Positions 25,227 to 37,560 of a DNA stretch of 64,000 nt are shown here, piece after piece. This DNA comes from Halocafeteria seosinensis (taxonomy: Eukaryota): positions 62,001-126,000 of the forward strand of contig LVLI01000204.1 of the NCBI GenBank assembly GCA_001687465.1, read 5' to 3'. Made by a program: the position numbers and the translations under genes. The notes beneath the pieces were generated by a model, which did no database searches, was not told where the DNA came from, and saw nothing but the letters and a program-made list of their open reading frames with translations. The first letter of the stretch is position 1. Each line of letters opens with the position of its first letter.

Positions 25227-26299
25227 TCACGCATCACCTGCGCGGGATATTGCTTCTCGGGGAAATCCAGTATACTTGAGTTTCTCTGAGACAATCGCTG
25301 AGGCTCCTGCAAGAGCTTCCATCACTGCTTTATTATTCAACTTCGGGAAATGATGTGACTGTACTAATCGCGTGATGAAACTCGCTATAAATGTATCTCC
25401 AGCTCCTACTGAATCCACGACATCTGTAGTAGTTACAGCAGGAACATGGACAAGTTTGCTGTCTTCTACTCCTTTCTCAAAGTACGCAAAGTAGGAGCCT
25501 TTATCTCCCCATGTTACGATCCAGTACTGACTCTGAGAAGGAGGGGCTTGTTTCACCAAGCCACTAATGGCTTCTTCTGGAGTATCCCAGCCTCGTCGAC
25601 TGCAGAACTCTTTTGAAATGAAAATGACATCTGCAAACTGGAGTAAATTCTCCACTGGTGCTTCCTTTCTATCTTTCTCCAGCTCTAAAGAAATAAGTGG
25701 TCGCTTGTCTGCTGGTTGGCTCCGAATTTTCTCCATCATCCGCCCATACTCTACTACATTTCTGGCTTCGAAATGCACCCAATCAATTCCCGTCGATAAC
25801 TTTGAACTCTCCATTGTGGCTTTAAATTCCTCATACGAGAGTTCCGGGAAATTCGGGTCCTTGTAGTGTAGTATCGTTCGACTTCCTGTTTCTTCGTTAA
25901 AGATAATGTGGGATACGGGCATGGTCGTATCTTGGCGCGAGACAGTAGGGGAATGGTATTGTACTCCATGCTCCTCCAAGTTTTTCCACGCCACCCTGCG
26001 AACAGTGCCAAGTACAGCGTTGGGACCGTCAACCTCGTTTCTATTTATCACTGCACTTACGCAGAAGTTGGATCCGCGGTCATGGAGGTCATGGATCCAA
26101 TAAATATGCTCTCGCTTCCCAGGATCGACGCCACCACAGCTGAATTGGCTGCATTCCCTCCTCGTCGACGGGAGATTTCCTTCACCGAGCACTCGACATC
26201 TTCTACGGGATAATGGGGCACCTGTAGTACAATGTCTATGCAGCAAATTCCCACGAACGCCATTCTTCCTCGGCGTTTATCCTCACATTCAGACGACAT
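25227..26299 (-). CDS. PfkB-family sugar kinase, ketohexokinase-like; intron 26060-25996
   Basis: VGICCIDIV...YPVED, RRGGNAANS, TGSRTILH, WVHFEARN, and the PfkB signature VVDSVGAGDTF. Confidence 0.85.
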
Positions 26300-26866
26300 T
26301 GTCACGAAGAACGAATGTTTACTAGGTGCATATTGATTGTGGTATGGTATGACATGACTTGTCATGCAAACGATGATCCATTGTGCATTGTGTGTCCAAG
26401 TTCTAGCCTTCTACGCTTGTGAAGTTCGCTGAGACGAAGGCCCTTCGCCGCAGGGCCTCGTCGAAGGCGTTTTGGCGAGCTGAAATCACAGTGGGATGAT
26501 CCAGAGGCTAAGCGATATCAGTACCTCAGTTAGAAAACAAATTGGGGGAAATGATTCGTATTCGGGAGGCCTATGAAAACTCGGAAATTACCAGTTTCAA
26601 AGTATCGCCGATCGTGTGTTCGGCAGACTTCGGGTAGACCATAAACGTTCAGTTTGCACCATAGGAGTTAGTTATGCTACGCCAAAAATAGAGGTAAAAC
26701 TCCCTCCTGAGCTTCATGCACAGTTAGTCGGTTGACGACAGTCTGACATTGCTCTCAGTTTCTGTACTGTACTTGCTGAACTGTAACACTGGAAGCCTAT
26801 CCATCTGTCTGGTGCCTTGCATTGGCCATCATGACACAGGCACCTCACTTCTACGACACTCTAGTC

Positions 26867-28180
26867 TCAAACTCCATTTCGACCTTGTTGTTGAGGCTTT
26901 GGGTTAGCGCTGGAGGTGTCCTCAGTATCACTGGTAGGTACACGCTCGTACGAGCCATGACGGGAAGAGCTGGGAATCATGTTGCTCAAGCGCCCTAATA
27001 GACTGGAACGCTCCCCACTTCCGGAGTCGGAAGTAGCACTTCCACGTTCTCCGCTCTCGACATCTGCAGCGCTACCAGTAACAATAACCCCTTCGGCAAC
27101 TCTCCGCGGAGCAGTGCCGCCTGAAGGTTGAGAGGCTTGTCTCCTAGATGAAGACGATCCGCAAACGGAGGACAAACAGGACCTGATGCCCGAGAAGAAA
27201 CCGGATACCATACCCATAATTCCACTAGTTGCAGACCTGCTTGGCAACGTCCATAGACAGAAAGGACATATAAGAACAATATCCCAAGAAATATGCGATT
27301 TTTCTGAATAGTACATACTGTTGATTGGCGGAGCTTTCGAAGCCAGGAGGGTGATCAGGACACCTTACATAATTAGAGCGTCTGCTCATCCGCTGTAAAA
27401 ATCCATCTTGCTCCCACTGTTGGACTTTCGCGTTACTGGGGAATACCCAGTTAAGGGCCCCATAAATGTACATGAAGCCGGCCAAGATGCCACAAAGATG
27501 ACCCATAAGGCTTATGTTTGGCATAATCACTTGAATTAGAGCCATGAGTACCCACGGGTACAATTTCGTCGGAACTTCAAAGAGCCCAAACACTGACCGT
27601 GTGGGAAATGGCGATAATGCCGTCTCTAAGACGGCCATCGAGAAGATAACTCCAGAGAATCCTACCGCTGGCTGATATAACTTTGCAACACCTCCTACTG
27701 GAGAGGGCAAGAAGTGTATTATCCAGGAAACACCCACGTACAGTGAGCCACCGAGGGTCATCATCCAGAAGACCAAAATCATATACGGTCCTGTCCCAAA
27801 TATAGATTCCTGCAAGTAGCGCAAAATAGCGTGTGATCCTCCCCCTTCAGTTTGAATGCGTTGGGTCTGGAGCTTACCAGTGCACTTCCCAAGCTCATGA
27901 CAGACATCATGTTCATGCCGATATGCATGAGTCCTCCATGCAGCAGCGCAGCACTGTATATCCTGTAGATCTGGCCATTGTATATGACTGGCGCAGCTGC
28001 GATAGCGTACTCTCCGACGGAGAAATCAAAGAGGCTCTGAGCGACAAATATGCCAATGTTGACGGCTAGAATTGTTAGAGTTCCAAGCGGTATTCCATTG
28101 AGGGCTTCCTGTACTCGGGACCCCGAGGATCCTTCAGACGAAGGCGAGCTCATTCCGGGCCTACCAGGATACCTTCGCAT
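26867..28180 (-). CDS. Rhomboid-family intramembrane serine protease (RHBDD1/RBL-like); multi-exon
   Basis: YRIYSAALLHGGLMHIGMNM, catalytic GFSG, and SLMGHLCGILAG, followed by a soluble C-terminal tail. Confidence 0.85.
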
Positions 28181-28410
28181 TATAAAAGAGACATCATTTC
28201 AACGAAATGCTCCGGGGAGCGGCCATCTACAACTCTGTTCGACCTCGATGAACTCATGGAAAATTTTTCGTCGGTAAGAACTCGACGAAATGTTTGCTTT
28301 ATTGTGCAGACTATGCATTGAAATGGAGCCAATATCAGCGTTTTACTGGATTTGTTCAGATTATATCAGTATGAATGTGTACAACAATTTCCACGGAATT
28401 GTTTGGTAAA

Positions 28411-29085
28411 ATGGAGCAAATATCATGGAAACAGAGAATCGCCTTGGAAGCGCTCTTGGCAACGCTCTGGATACTGAGCTTGATGGGAATCTTTTATGAA
28501 CCGGGTATTATGAGGTCAAAGCAGTTTTTCGGGTTATTGGCAGTACTCTATATTTTCATTCGACTGCTAGCGGCTGGTATTCGATTGACGTGGATAAAGT
28601 GTCGACAATATAATGTGGAAGGTTCGTATGCAATTCCCAGTGGAATTGTGTTGACCAGTCTGGTTGCAAAGTTCTTGCGCTTTATGTGCCACAGATGTCT
28701 TCGTAGCGGCCATTCTAGGTGGCATCATTTTCGTGTGTGGAGTTTGGCAACCCTGTAAGTGGAACTGAAGAAAAGAATCACCAGAAGGCCGGGACCATTA
28801 TGTCTTCTTTGCTTCGTGCTTACAGCGCTTAACTCTCTGGCACCAATACTGAAACCATACATGGGAACAACAGGATTTCGGTTCTTCCTCAAATTCCTTA
28901 GGAGTGCCAAGAGAGAATATAAGATTGTGTTGGAGACGACATGGAGAATACTAACTCTGTTTGCTGTTTCGCGCGTGTTGTATATCTTGTATAGGACTCC
29001 AGCCAGAGGCTGGGATTGGGGCGCAGTATACAGCAAGCTGCAAACCTCAGAAGAGAAGTCTACTGTGGAAGAGACCGAAAACTAG
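28411..29085 (+). CDS. Small multi-pass membrane protein of unknown function (predicted exons 28411-28621, 28695-28754, 28826-29085)
   Basis: Canonical splice sites join the ORFs in frame (531 nt); several hydrophobic segments. Confidence 0.55.
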
Positions 29086-29242
29086 CAGTTGGTCGTGTTG
29101 AATACAGTTGACATGTAGCAGTCGCTGTGCGAGCGGGCTGATAATCAACTTTGATGAAGCCATCCACTTGTTGTTTTCCCTTGAGGATGCTTAACCGTGG
29201 GCTATCTTACCGTTGGCGAAGTCTCCTTTCACCAATTCAAGT

Positions 29243-30559
29243 TTAGACCATATAAGCTGGCGGAGGTTCCGTGTCCGTGTAGTTGTATCCGTAATTGGTC
29301 GCTTGCCTCGAAGCATCTGCTCCCGGGACTGCATCGTATGTGTGTTGTGCTGCTGAAATGCTCGGAGACGGGTACGCCGCTGCGTTGTGTGCTAAATTAG
29401 GATCGACTCCATTTTGATAGTACGGTGCGACCGGAGGATTACCATATTGTGGGTTAGTCCACGCGACATTTGAGTATCTAGCTTGAGGACTCGACGTGCT
29501 TTGATGTCCTGCCCAGGATCTTATGTGTGGCCCCTGCGATGATACCTGAAACAAAGAACATTAAAACACGCATGTCTTTGTAAAACACCTCTGAATTAGC
29601 ACTTACAGCAGTATGTTGCGTTGATTTCATCACGTTGGTCATCTGCTCATCATAGTCACACTTGTGAAACGCCGGCATCCTTCTTAACAACCAGATAATT
29701 TTGCGTACCTGTACGTGCCTATCTCCTATGTCTAGGGGGTTCTCGTAGCGTTGGCCAGCACCAGTAACGCTCTTTGGTGGGCTCGATCCTTTACCACCGC
29801 ACTTCTTGTCAAAGCTTCTGAAACATCGATAGTTTATTAGAGAAAATACTACCGACAAATATGGGGCCAGGAAAGAGGCACAGCTGGAAAGCGATTCTCC
29901 GTAGAACCCTAAGAACTGCAGCAACAACAGACCGAAATACGCGGTCGAAGGTGGAAACGCAACTGCTGCACACGATATCTACCTGGTTTAAGATCCCTAG
30001 AATTCCGCAAGCTAACCAATTAAAACCTGCAATGTTTACGAGGTCGAATTCCACCAAACTCAGAACGGAACACGCAGATGAGAACCTACAGAAAGTTTTC
30101 CAAAGGACTCGATTCTCGCTGATCGGTATTTCCTGGCGGATCCTTCGCATGAGCATAACCAGTAACAGAGCCGACACTATCATTTGAATTTTCATTATGG
30201 CGAACAAGTAGAGACTGGCCGTCGCTTTGGTGGTCAACAACTGGGTCTGCTCTGGTGAAGGGGCGAAATCGAGCTGATGCGCTGTTGTCGAACCAGCTAT
30301 CTCCACCTGAAGCAGCGAATACACAGGAAATCATAACTCCCTTTTGAGCAACTTATGTTCGTCGACAACAACTTACATCGACAACGTAAAAGAGAGCAAA
30401 AAATGCCTGAGAGTGTAGGATGGCGTAGTCAGAATACTCCGAGGGGGCCTCGTACGAGCACATGAACCAGACGGGGGCAACCAGCATTGCCACATGGAGG
30501 AACCCGGAGGCACATCCTAGGCAAGTAGCTGCAACAATTTTCAAGTAGAGAGTAATCAT
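29243..30559 (-). CDS. Multi-exon membrane protein with Pro/Tyr-rich tail ending PPPAY; exon structure uncertain
   Basis: Hydrophobic exons (MITLYLKIVAATCLGCASGFLHVAMLVAPVW; FAIMKIQMIVSALLLVML), GT-AG introns, and a last exon rich in PxY. Confidence 0.45.
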
Positions 30560-31131
30560 AGAGACGCTCTCAAACTTTGCGTCGTAATTGGTACGCACCC
30601 AGTCCCTTTTCACTCATCAGCGGTGTTACGAATGCTACTGGTATGACAGTACCAATACCGTCCCATTAAAGCATACCACCCATGAACTGGCATCCTTTTC
30701 ACTTGTCCTGCTACAACCACATTGTATAATGCTGGAGAATCTACCACACTCTTCCACCACCACCGTGAGCGGGAAATTCCGTTTGGAAGTTGAATTGAAA
30801 GGGAACACTTTACCCAATGAATCATCTCGTTTTTCTTCTTTTCCAGTTTATGAAGTCTAATAATGTAGTAAGATTGTCGGTGTGTGTGCGAGTAGTCTTT
30901 AAAGAAGCGCGTTACTTTGTTCTCTCTGATACCGTTTTTCGTTTTGTATTATATTGTCCTGTGTAATGGGAAGTTGATAATCCAACAAGCGGCGAGTTTA
31001 ATCGGAAAGAGCCATATTTGTTTGTGTACGATCTCATGGTGGCCCCCCTTCATTGCTGATAACGTGCCGGAGTCATAGAATATAAATTAAAGTCGTCTGA
31101 GCGAAGGGAGGGATTGGAATCACATTATACC

Positions 31132-31185
31132 GTGTGTATATATATTCACACACATATGGTATATATATATATGTGTGTGTGTGTG
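31132..31185. repeat. (TA)n/(TG)n/(CA)n microsatellite
   Basis: gtgtgtatatatattcacacacatatggtatatatatatatgtgtgtgtgtgtg. Confidence 0.8.
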
Positions 31186-31647
31186 CACCACACGCTTTGT
31201 CGAAGAGGCAACCAACCGGTAATTTGTCGCTCTAAAGTAGTCACAGGCCTGATCTAATGAGTAAACTATGATTTACCCTTTTCAAACTTCTAGCGCTAAC
31301 TACGCCAGCCTTCCCACAAATGCATTGTAACCTACCACAGGGTTCGTGAATCAATATAACTACACCTGTATCTCTGGGCACCACGACATAACTCACCTAC
31401 AGATGTATTGTGTGTACATCAAGTTTTCAGAAGTACTTGAGGCATCGTTCTAATTCAGTCCTGCAGTCGACAGCATCTTCCGAAAAGGTCTCTTTCCTTT
31501 GACCGCGTTTTTCTGTGACGCTTGGCATACGTGGATGTGTCAAGTATTGCTCGCCTCATCGTTAAAGTAACGAACTGTGGACGCTGTCAATCACCAAATC
31601 TGGCTTCGTCTGATTCATGTGATACTATATATCACAGGATGTGCGCA

Positions 31648-34600
31648 TCAACCAGTGTTTGCACCTTCTTCCCCGTCAGGAGTCATCTCGCGAAACGAGC
31701 TTCCACGGCTCGTCCAACTACTCCCTTCGCTTAGTGTAAACGATGTTTTCTTCTTGAAGTCTTCTGGATAATTCGACGAGGTTTCCGTATCGTCACTCAA
31801 ATCCCACCCACCTGCTTCGTCGACGGAATCTCTCTTCAAGTCCGTTTCGCCACTATCTTGTTTAGTATCACCCTCCACAACGTCTCTTTCGGAGTTTTGT
31901 GTTTTATCATACTCATTGAGAGACCCGCTGCTCTCAGCGCAGTCTTTCCCAGCGTCAAGTTCTCCTTTTGTCTCATGCTCTTCTTTTTCGCCTGTATTAG
32001 ATTCACATTCTTCCTCAGTGCGTCGGGTGTCTCCACGCTCGCCAGAAGTGTGGCTGACAGTAGTAGAGGCTTGCATGTCCTCATTCTCCTCCTTATCGAT
32101 TGTTCTAGTTCTTTCTTGCTTTGCGGTTTCCGTTGTCCCGGTCGTCTCGCGTTCTTCCACTTCACTTCCATGTTGGTGCTCATGTGACACTATATGCTCC
32201 TTGCCCTCTTCTGCGGCGTGAGTTGTTCCATTCATCTCTTCCGTCTCATCTTCCTTGGGACAAGATTCGTCCCCCGGAGGCTGCTCTATTTCATTGTGCT
32301 CTCGAGTACTCTCTGTTGTACCAGTGTCATTGCCTTCCTTGAGCCGTTCCACTTCGGGCTGGACCCTTTCCACGATACTGGGGGATTCCTCCATTCTCAC
32401 ATTAGTACTATCTCTAACTAGCCTTTCCGAACTGCTCTCTGGTTCTGACTCCTTCCCGCTAGTGGTGGGAGGTTCCTCATTAGTATTAGCAGCAGAAGCT
32501 CCCGTCGTGGTTTTTAAAGAGCTGTCATCAACTTCGATGCCCTGCTCAGGGAGGGCATTAGGACTATGGGTAGTGCCTGTCCCATCCTCTTGCACATCCC
32601 TTTCTAGCTGCGCAGAACCTTCGTCCTTGTTTTCGACCTTATTATCTACTGTTGAATCAATTATGTCACCGTTTTCATCAGCCGTGGAAGGCACTTCGGA
32701 AGAAACCATCTTAATGTCACCTTTAACATTTACCAACGGTTCGTGCGAAGCCTCTTCGTGTTGGTGGTTGGGAGTCGTTTCGGGAGTTTCTGCTGCTGAA
32801 TTTGGAGCAAGTCCAGGAGTCCCAGCAGACTCATCTAGCAAGCTCTCAGAAAGCATTTTACGATGGCTGTCTGGCGACTTGTTCTCACGAAGATGTGGCG
32901 AGGACCATGGCGAGCCCGACCCTGGAGACTCTTCCCATGATGAGGAGTGCAGCGGCTGAGACACTTTTGTATTCGGGGAGTGCGGATTCGCTTGAGTCGC
33001 CCTGGGGTACTTTGAAATGTTCCTTGTCTCTAGAATTATCGGAGAGCGGTATTCAAGTCCATCAAACTCATTTTCAGACGTATCGTGCTGCTCTTCCAAT
33101 CTATCCACGTTTTGCGTACCATCTCCCTTTCCATTTGACTCACCAGCTTGCGAAATCTTCGTATTGGGGGAGTGGGGATTAACCATATATTCTCGTGCAT
33201 ACTCACTCATTGTCCATGTATGAAGTATCTTCGGAACCGACTCTTCTGGTGTGCTTTCTACTGACTGCTGCTTAGATGAAGTTGCTTCAAACGATATTCT
33301 CTTCATTAGGCACTTCAGTTCTCGATCAAATTGCTCAAGTCTCGCTTCCGTGCTCTCTGCAAATTCCCTAAATTTTACCGCCGTTTCGTCGCTTGAACGC
33401 TGCACTAGTGATTTCTCTGCTGCCGATTCAAGGCTGTATGTCTTGTCGACCACGATTTTAAGATTATGCCCAACGATGTCCATGCAATGCGCCAATGCAC
33501 ATACGACTCTGGCTACACCATCCTCATCCCGCAAACAACGGAGAACTTGTCGTCTCCCTGGGGAGAGCACTTCGCCCCTGGAGCCGTCCTCACTTGTTCC
33601 AGCGAGTGACGAGAACCAGCGGAAGGACAGTTCCACCTCAGGATCCAACTGCCACAGAGGTGCTGCAAATTGACTTCCTTCAGGACTAATCGACTTTTGA
33701 AAAGCATATGGACTGCCTAGCTGATTGTTACGGACAGGAGTGGATTGTTGGACTCCGGACCGAGGAGGAGATTGAGCTACAGCCATGCCATTTGACTTTA
33801 GCGACGCAACATCATTACTCACCGTGCCCAGCTCCCTTCGAAGACTTTTTAGGTCTTCACGAAGCTCATTTTCCAGTCCTTTTATTTGGGTGGGAAGGTT
33901 GTGTTGCGCTAGTCCCTCAATAGATGAGACTCTAGTTCGGAGGTCATCAATCTCGTCCTTCGAAGCCACAGAGCCGGTAGACACTGGTTTGTCACTGAGA
34001 TATAGAGCAGATTTTACTTTGGCAATGTCTTGATCGTGTTGGTTCCGAGAAGCATTAAGTGATGCAATGTCTTGCTGGAGTTGATTTCGAATACCGCTCA
34101 AAGCCTTTTCATGGTTGTCGACATGCTTCCGAACAAAAGCAGCCACCTCGTCTGTCTTTCGGTTGTTGAATTCCAGCTCTAGAACCTTTTCCTTCAGCGA
34201 GTTGATGCTTTGTTGCATTGTTTGCAACTGACCGTACATTAACATTGCAGTAGACATGTCCAACTGATTGTAAGACTTGCTCTCTGAGTCCTCATTACCA
34301 AATGGTACCAGAGCATCTTGGATTGGTGATATATTACTCTGGGGTTTACCAGTCCTGAGAACCTGTTGGCTCTTCTGACGCTGAGGCGTTTGGTTGTTTG
34401 CTTCTGAGCCTTTACCGACGGTCCCTGGAACAGTAGTATGTGAGACTCTGTGATTTAAATCTTGTATTTCTCGCTGCACGTTCATCATGTCCCGTGACAT
34501 TTGTTGAAGTCGACTCTTCACCTTGTTAAAGTCTGTTAGCCTACTTTCCTGTTCCAGTTGATACAGTCGCCTGTCTAAATTATCCATCCGTTCTTGAAGA

Positions 34601-35423
34601 GACCCCACCGAGTTAAGCCCTTCTCGTAATTTTGTGCTGAATCTGCCCTCAATCTCCAGAACTTTCTCATTTATTCGGGAGGTAACCTGCTTTGCAAATT
34701 CCTGGAAGTTTTCGTGAGAAGGTAAATTTTGGCCCGATGGGCTAGAATGTTGATATTTGCGGTAATTCTGAGCGGGCGAGAAGTACTCATCGGCCTCTTC
34801 CGCTCCATACGGGGGATTCGTCCGTGTTGGGCTTTTGCTTTCTTCGTATGAATCACGATGCAATCCACTAATATTTTTCTTTAAAGGACTGATATTCTCC
34901 TTGCCTTGAAGTCCAGCATTTTCTTCTAGGAGACTTACACGGTCTTGAAGGTCCCAGGCCATCTGATTGATTTTATCGTGCATCTTCTCTATCCGCTCTC
35001 TGTCGACCTCCACCTTGCTTTCAAGAAATGTTACCTGAGATTGGGGAAAGGTACCACACCGTGATTATGACAAACGAACGGATACCAAGTAGTACGCACC
35101 CGTTTGGATAATTCGGCTGAAGCCGCGGGTTTGGAGGTCTGTAGCTGTTGCTGCACAGCCTGCTGAATAGCTTCCATGACTTCTGGACTAACTGACAAGT
35201 TTTGCTCTTGTTGATTGGGATTCTTCCGGTACTTTTTTTCAGTGGAGCGTCGTTTCGTACCGGACGGGGCTCTTTGGCTTCGTGGAGGAATGCCGCCATC
35301 ATGGGTTCCAAACGTGTTGCCCAGGCCTCCCGAGTGCAGATAACTGTCGCTTTCAAGTTCCATCAGACCACTTGAACCACCTGTCCCAATTTCCGGTAGC
35401 GAATCAAACGATTTCTCCTCCAT
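31648..35423 (-). CDS. Large coiled-coil protein with an acidic low-complexity C-terminal half; intron 35099-35035; 3' end uncertain
   Basis: An in-frame splice joins the 130-aa and 1121-aa ORFs. The N-half is heptad-rich and the C-half E/T/S-rich. Confidence 0.7.
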
Positions 35424-36129
35424 AATCCCTCAGTCAATTGGCTTATAAACGTGGTACTCGCGTTACTATTGTTCCAATTCTTCAGCGAGTCAATGATGAA
35501 TTCGGTGCTGCATACCAATGTAAGTCCGTTCCAATTCCCCCCTCCTTTCGGGGCAATAGGTGCAGTCAAATGCGCGTGTTGAATACAACTGACTGTAGGT
35601 TTTCTTTTGCGCCACATACAGTGTAATAGGGCACAATACCTCCGTGAGGTGGTAATGATTCCGTTGTCGCAAGCTTCGCAGCAGTTCCCACGACTTGTAC
35701 AATCCTCACACTCTGTCAACTCCAGGCATAAACTCTAAGCGCATGTGTGGACCAACGCGTGCAAACAGTTAAACTGTTTGGGAGGACTTGCACGAGGATG
35801 AACAGCGACAATACGGTTTTGGGCCAACTTTTGGCGCGAAGCATCCATCCTTGAAGTAAACTTCAACGTGCTTCCGAGGAAGTGTGTGTGTGTGCCACGG
35901 TGCCACGCGGCTTGTACACAACAGTAGCTGTGCCCACGTAGAATATCAAATTTCTTATAACTGTAACATGATGCATGCCGTTGTTTATTTCGCCTAAAAT
36001 GGAATTGAAGACGGGAATCATAAAAATAGTAACCTCTGGAGATGCACGAAAACTTAGGTTTACATTTCGAAGTCGGTCCACCCCTGAGATAAGTCCTTCA
36101 TGCAGATCTACCTCCTAATTGTTGACCAT

Positions 36130-37287
36130 TCAGCCGAGCAAAATCTGAGAAGACTGTTTCGCTTTATTGCGGGCACTAGCCCCAAAGTTAGCTCTTGCCA
36201 TTTTGATAGCTTCGGGGTCAAACGCCGGGAATTCGTCGCGCATGACACTATTCCGAGAAGAAGCTGCAGACCCTTCTTTCTGAGCGGTGTCCACCGTTGG
36301 TGGGTCCCGATAATTAAAGGGAGCGGAAACGTTTCTGATCTTCTCGATTTCGTCACCGCTAAATTGGCGGAAATTAGATTGATTTGTCGTAAATCCCTTA
36401 CCAATTTTCTGTCTATTGTTGTTCATCTCTGCCTGCTCTTGTTCCTGGCGGCGAAGTATTCTTTGCATGGTTTGATCGTCTGTTCGGCCGAAAGGGGTAT
36501 GCAAAGCGTTGCCAATTCCATCGTAATCGGGTTCGTTGTCTTCTTCATCGTCAACCTCGGAAGCGTTCCTATTTGATCCTCGGCCGTTAACCTTAGAGTC
36601 CGCATACTCAGGATCTACTCTATGACCGCGCATCAGCCTCATTTGTTCTTCATCATATGGCCGGAAATCCCCACCGTTTACACTCTGGTATCGGGCAGCG
36701 CGCGGATCGTATTGGAAATCATCCAAACGAGTGCTGTTTCCTCCCCTACTACTTGCACTCCCATGCCTCTTCGAGTAGCGGGAGAGAATGTCCTCTTGTG
36801 ACAAGTCCAAGTTAGTACTCTTCCCAACGTTTTCCTTCGAGAGATGAACACCTGCTTCCGGATAGCGAGGTGGGAACGGCAAGTGCGTTCTTCCATCGGG
36901 CTCTTCCTTTGTAACAGCTTCTCGGTTCACCTTCTTGCCAAAGCGTTCGTGAGGGAGAGGTTCCCGCTCCATTGGGTGTTCTCTATCCAAGGAATCCTCC
37001 TGAAAGCTCCCAGCTCCAGGGGGAGGATAGTTTTCATTCTGGGGGATATGTTTGCGTTGCGATGTGATTTGGGTCGGTGGTTGATCCGGATCGTCATCTC
37101 GAGCCCACGGGGGAGTGGGCTGGTACGAGCCCTTATCCATCGGGTTCCTGCGCTTCGAGTCTGTGGGCTTGTAGATGTCATTGAAAGCTGCTGTTGCGGT
37201 GGTTGTATAGTGATCAGCCCCTGAGCCACTGTCTCCCAGGGGCAAGACCAGATGATGATCCTGATTTTTTGGATGAAACGATGCCAT
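36130..37287 (-). CDS. Hypothetical hydrophilic, likely disordered 385-aa protein
   Basis: Uninterrupted ORF with an in-frame upstream stop. No family recognised with confidence. Confidence 0.65.
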   Translation of the reverse strand: MASFHPKNQDHHLVLPLGDSGSGADHYTTTATAAFNDIYKPTDSKRRNPMDKGSYQPTPPWARDDDPDQPPTQITSQRKHIPQNENYPPPGAGSFQEDSLDREHPMEREPLPHERFGKKVNREAVTKEEPDGRTHLPFPPRYPEAGVHLSKENVGKSTNLDLSQEDILSRYSKRHGSASSRGGNSTRLDDFQYDPRAARYQSVNGGDFRPYDEEQMRLMRGHRVDPEYADSKVNGRGSNRNASEVDDEEDNEPDYDGIGNALHTPFGRTDDQTMQRILRRQEQEQAEMNNNRQKIGKGFTTNQSNFRQFSGDEIEKIRNVSAPFNYRDPPTVDTAQKEGSAASSRNSVMRDEFPAFDPEAIKMARANFGASARNKAKQSSQILLG

Positions 37288-37560
37288 CTCTTGCTACCTA
37301 TCCATACACACAAAAAACTATGTAAGACACTCGAATCTCACTTTGTTAATCCAACAACACCCTTTATATCATATGCAGTAGGTATACGCGGCGCCATAAA
37401 CGGCTGACAACTTCAACTTCAACATGGAATTCAAATGGGGTTATACACGACATGAAGCCCTCCAGCTCCCATTAGATACGATTCTCGAGTGGTATTGTAC
37501 GTGTAGATTGTCTCATTCCCCTGTTGGCACGTCAGCAGAAGAGAAGGAGGAGGTTTGTGA

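Noticed and set aside
32255..32959. Long antisense ORFs (e.g. 234 aa here and 220 aa at 59976-60638)
   Set aside because: These are shadow frames opposite real coding sequence, with Ser/Leu-rich composition and no motifs.
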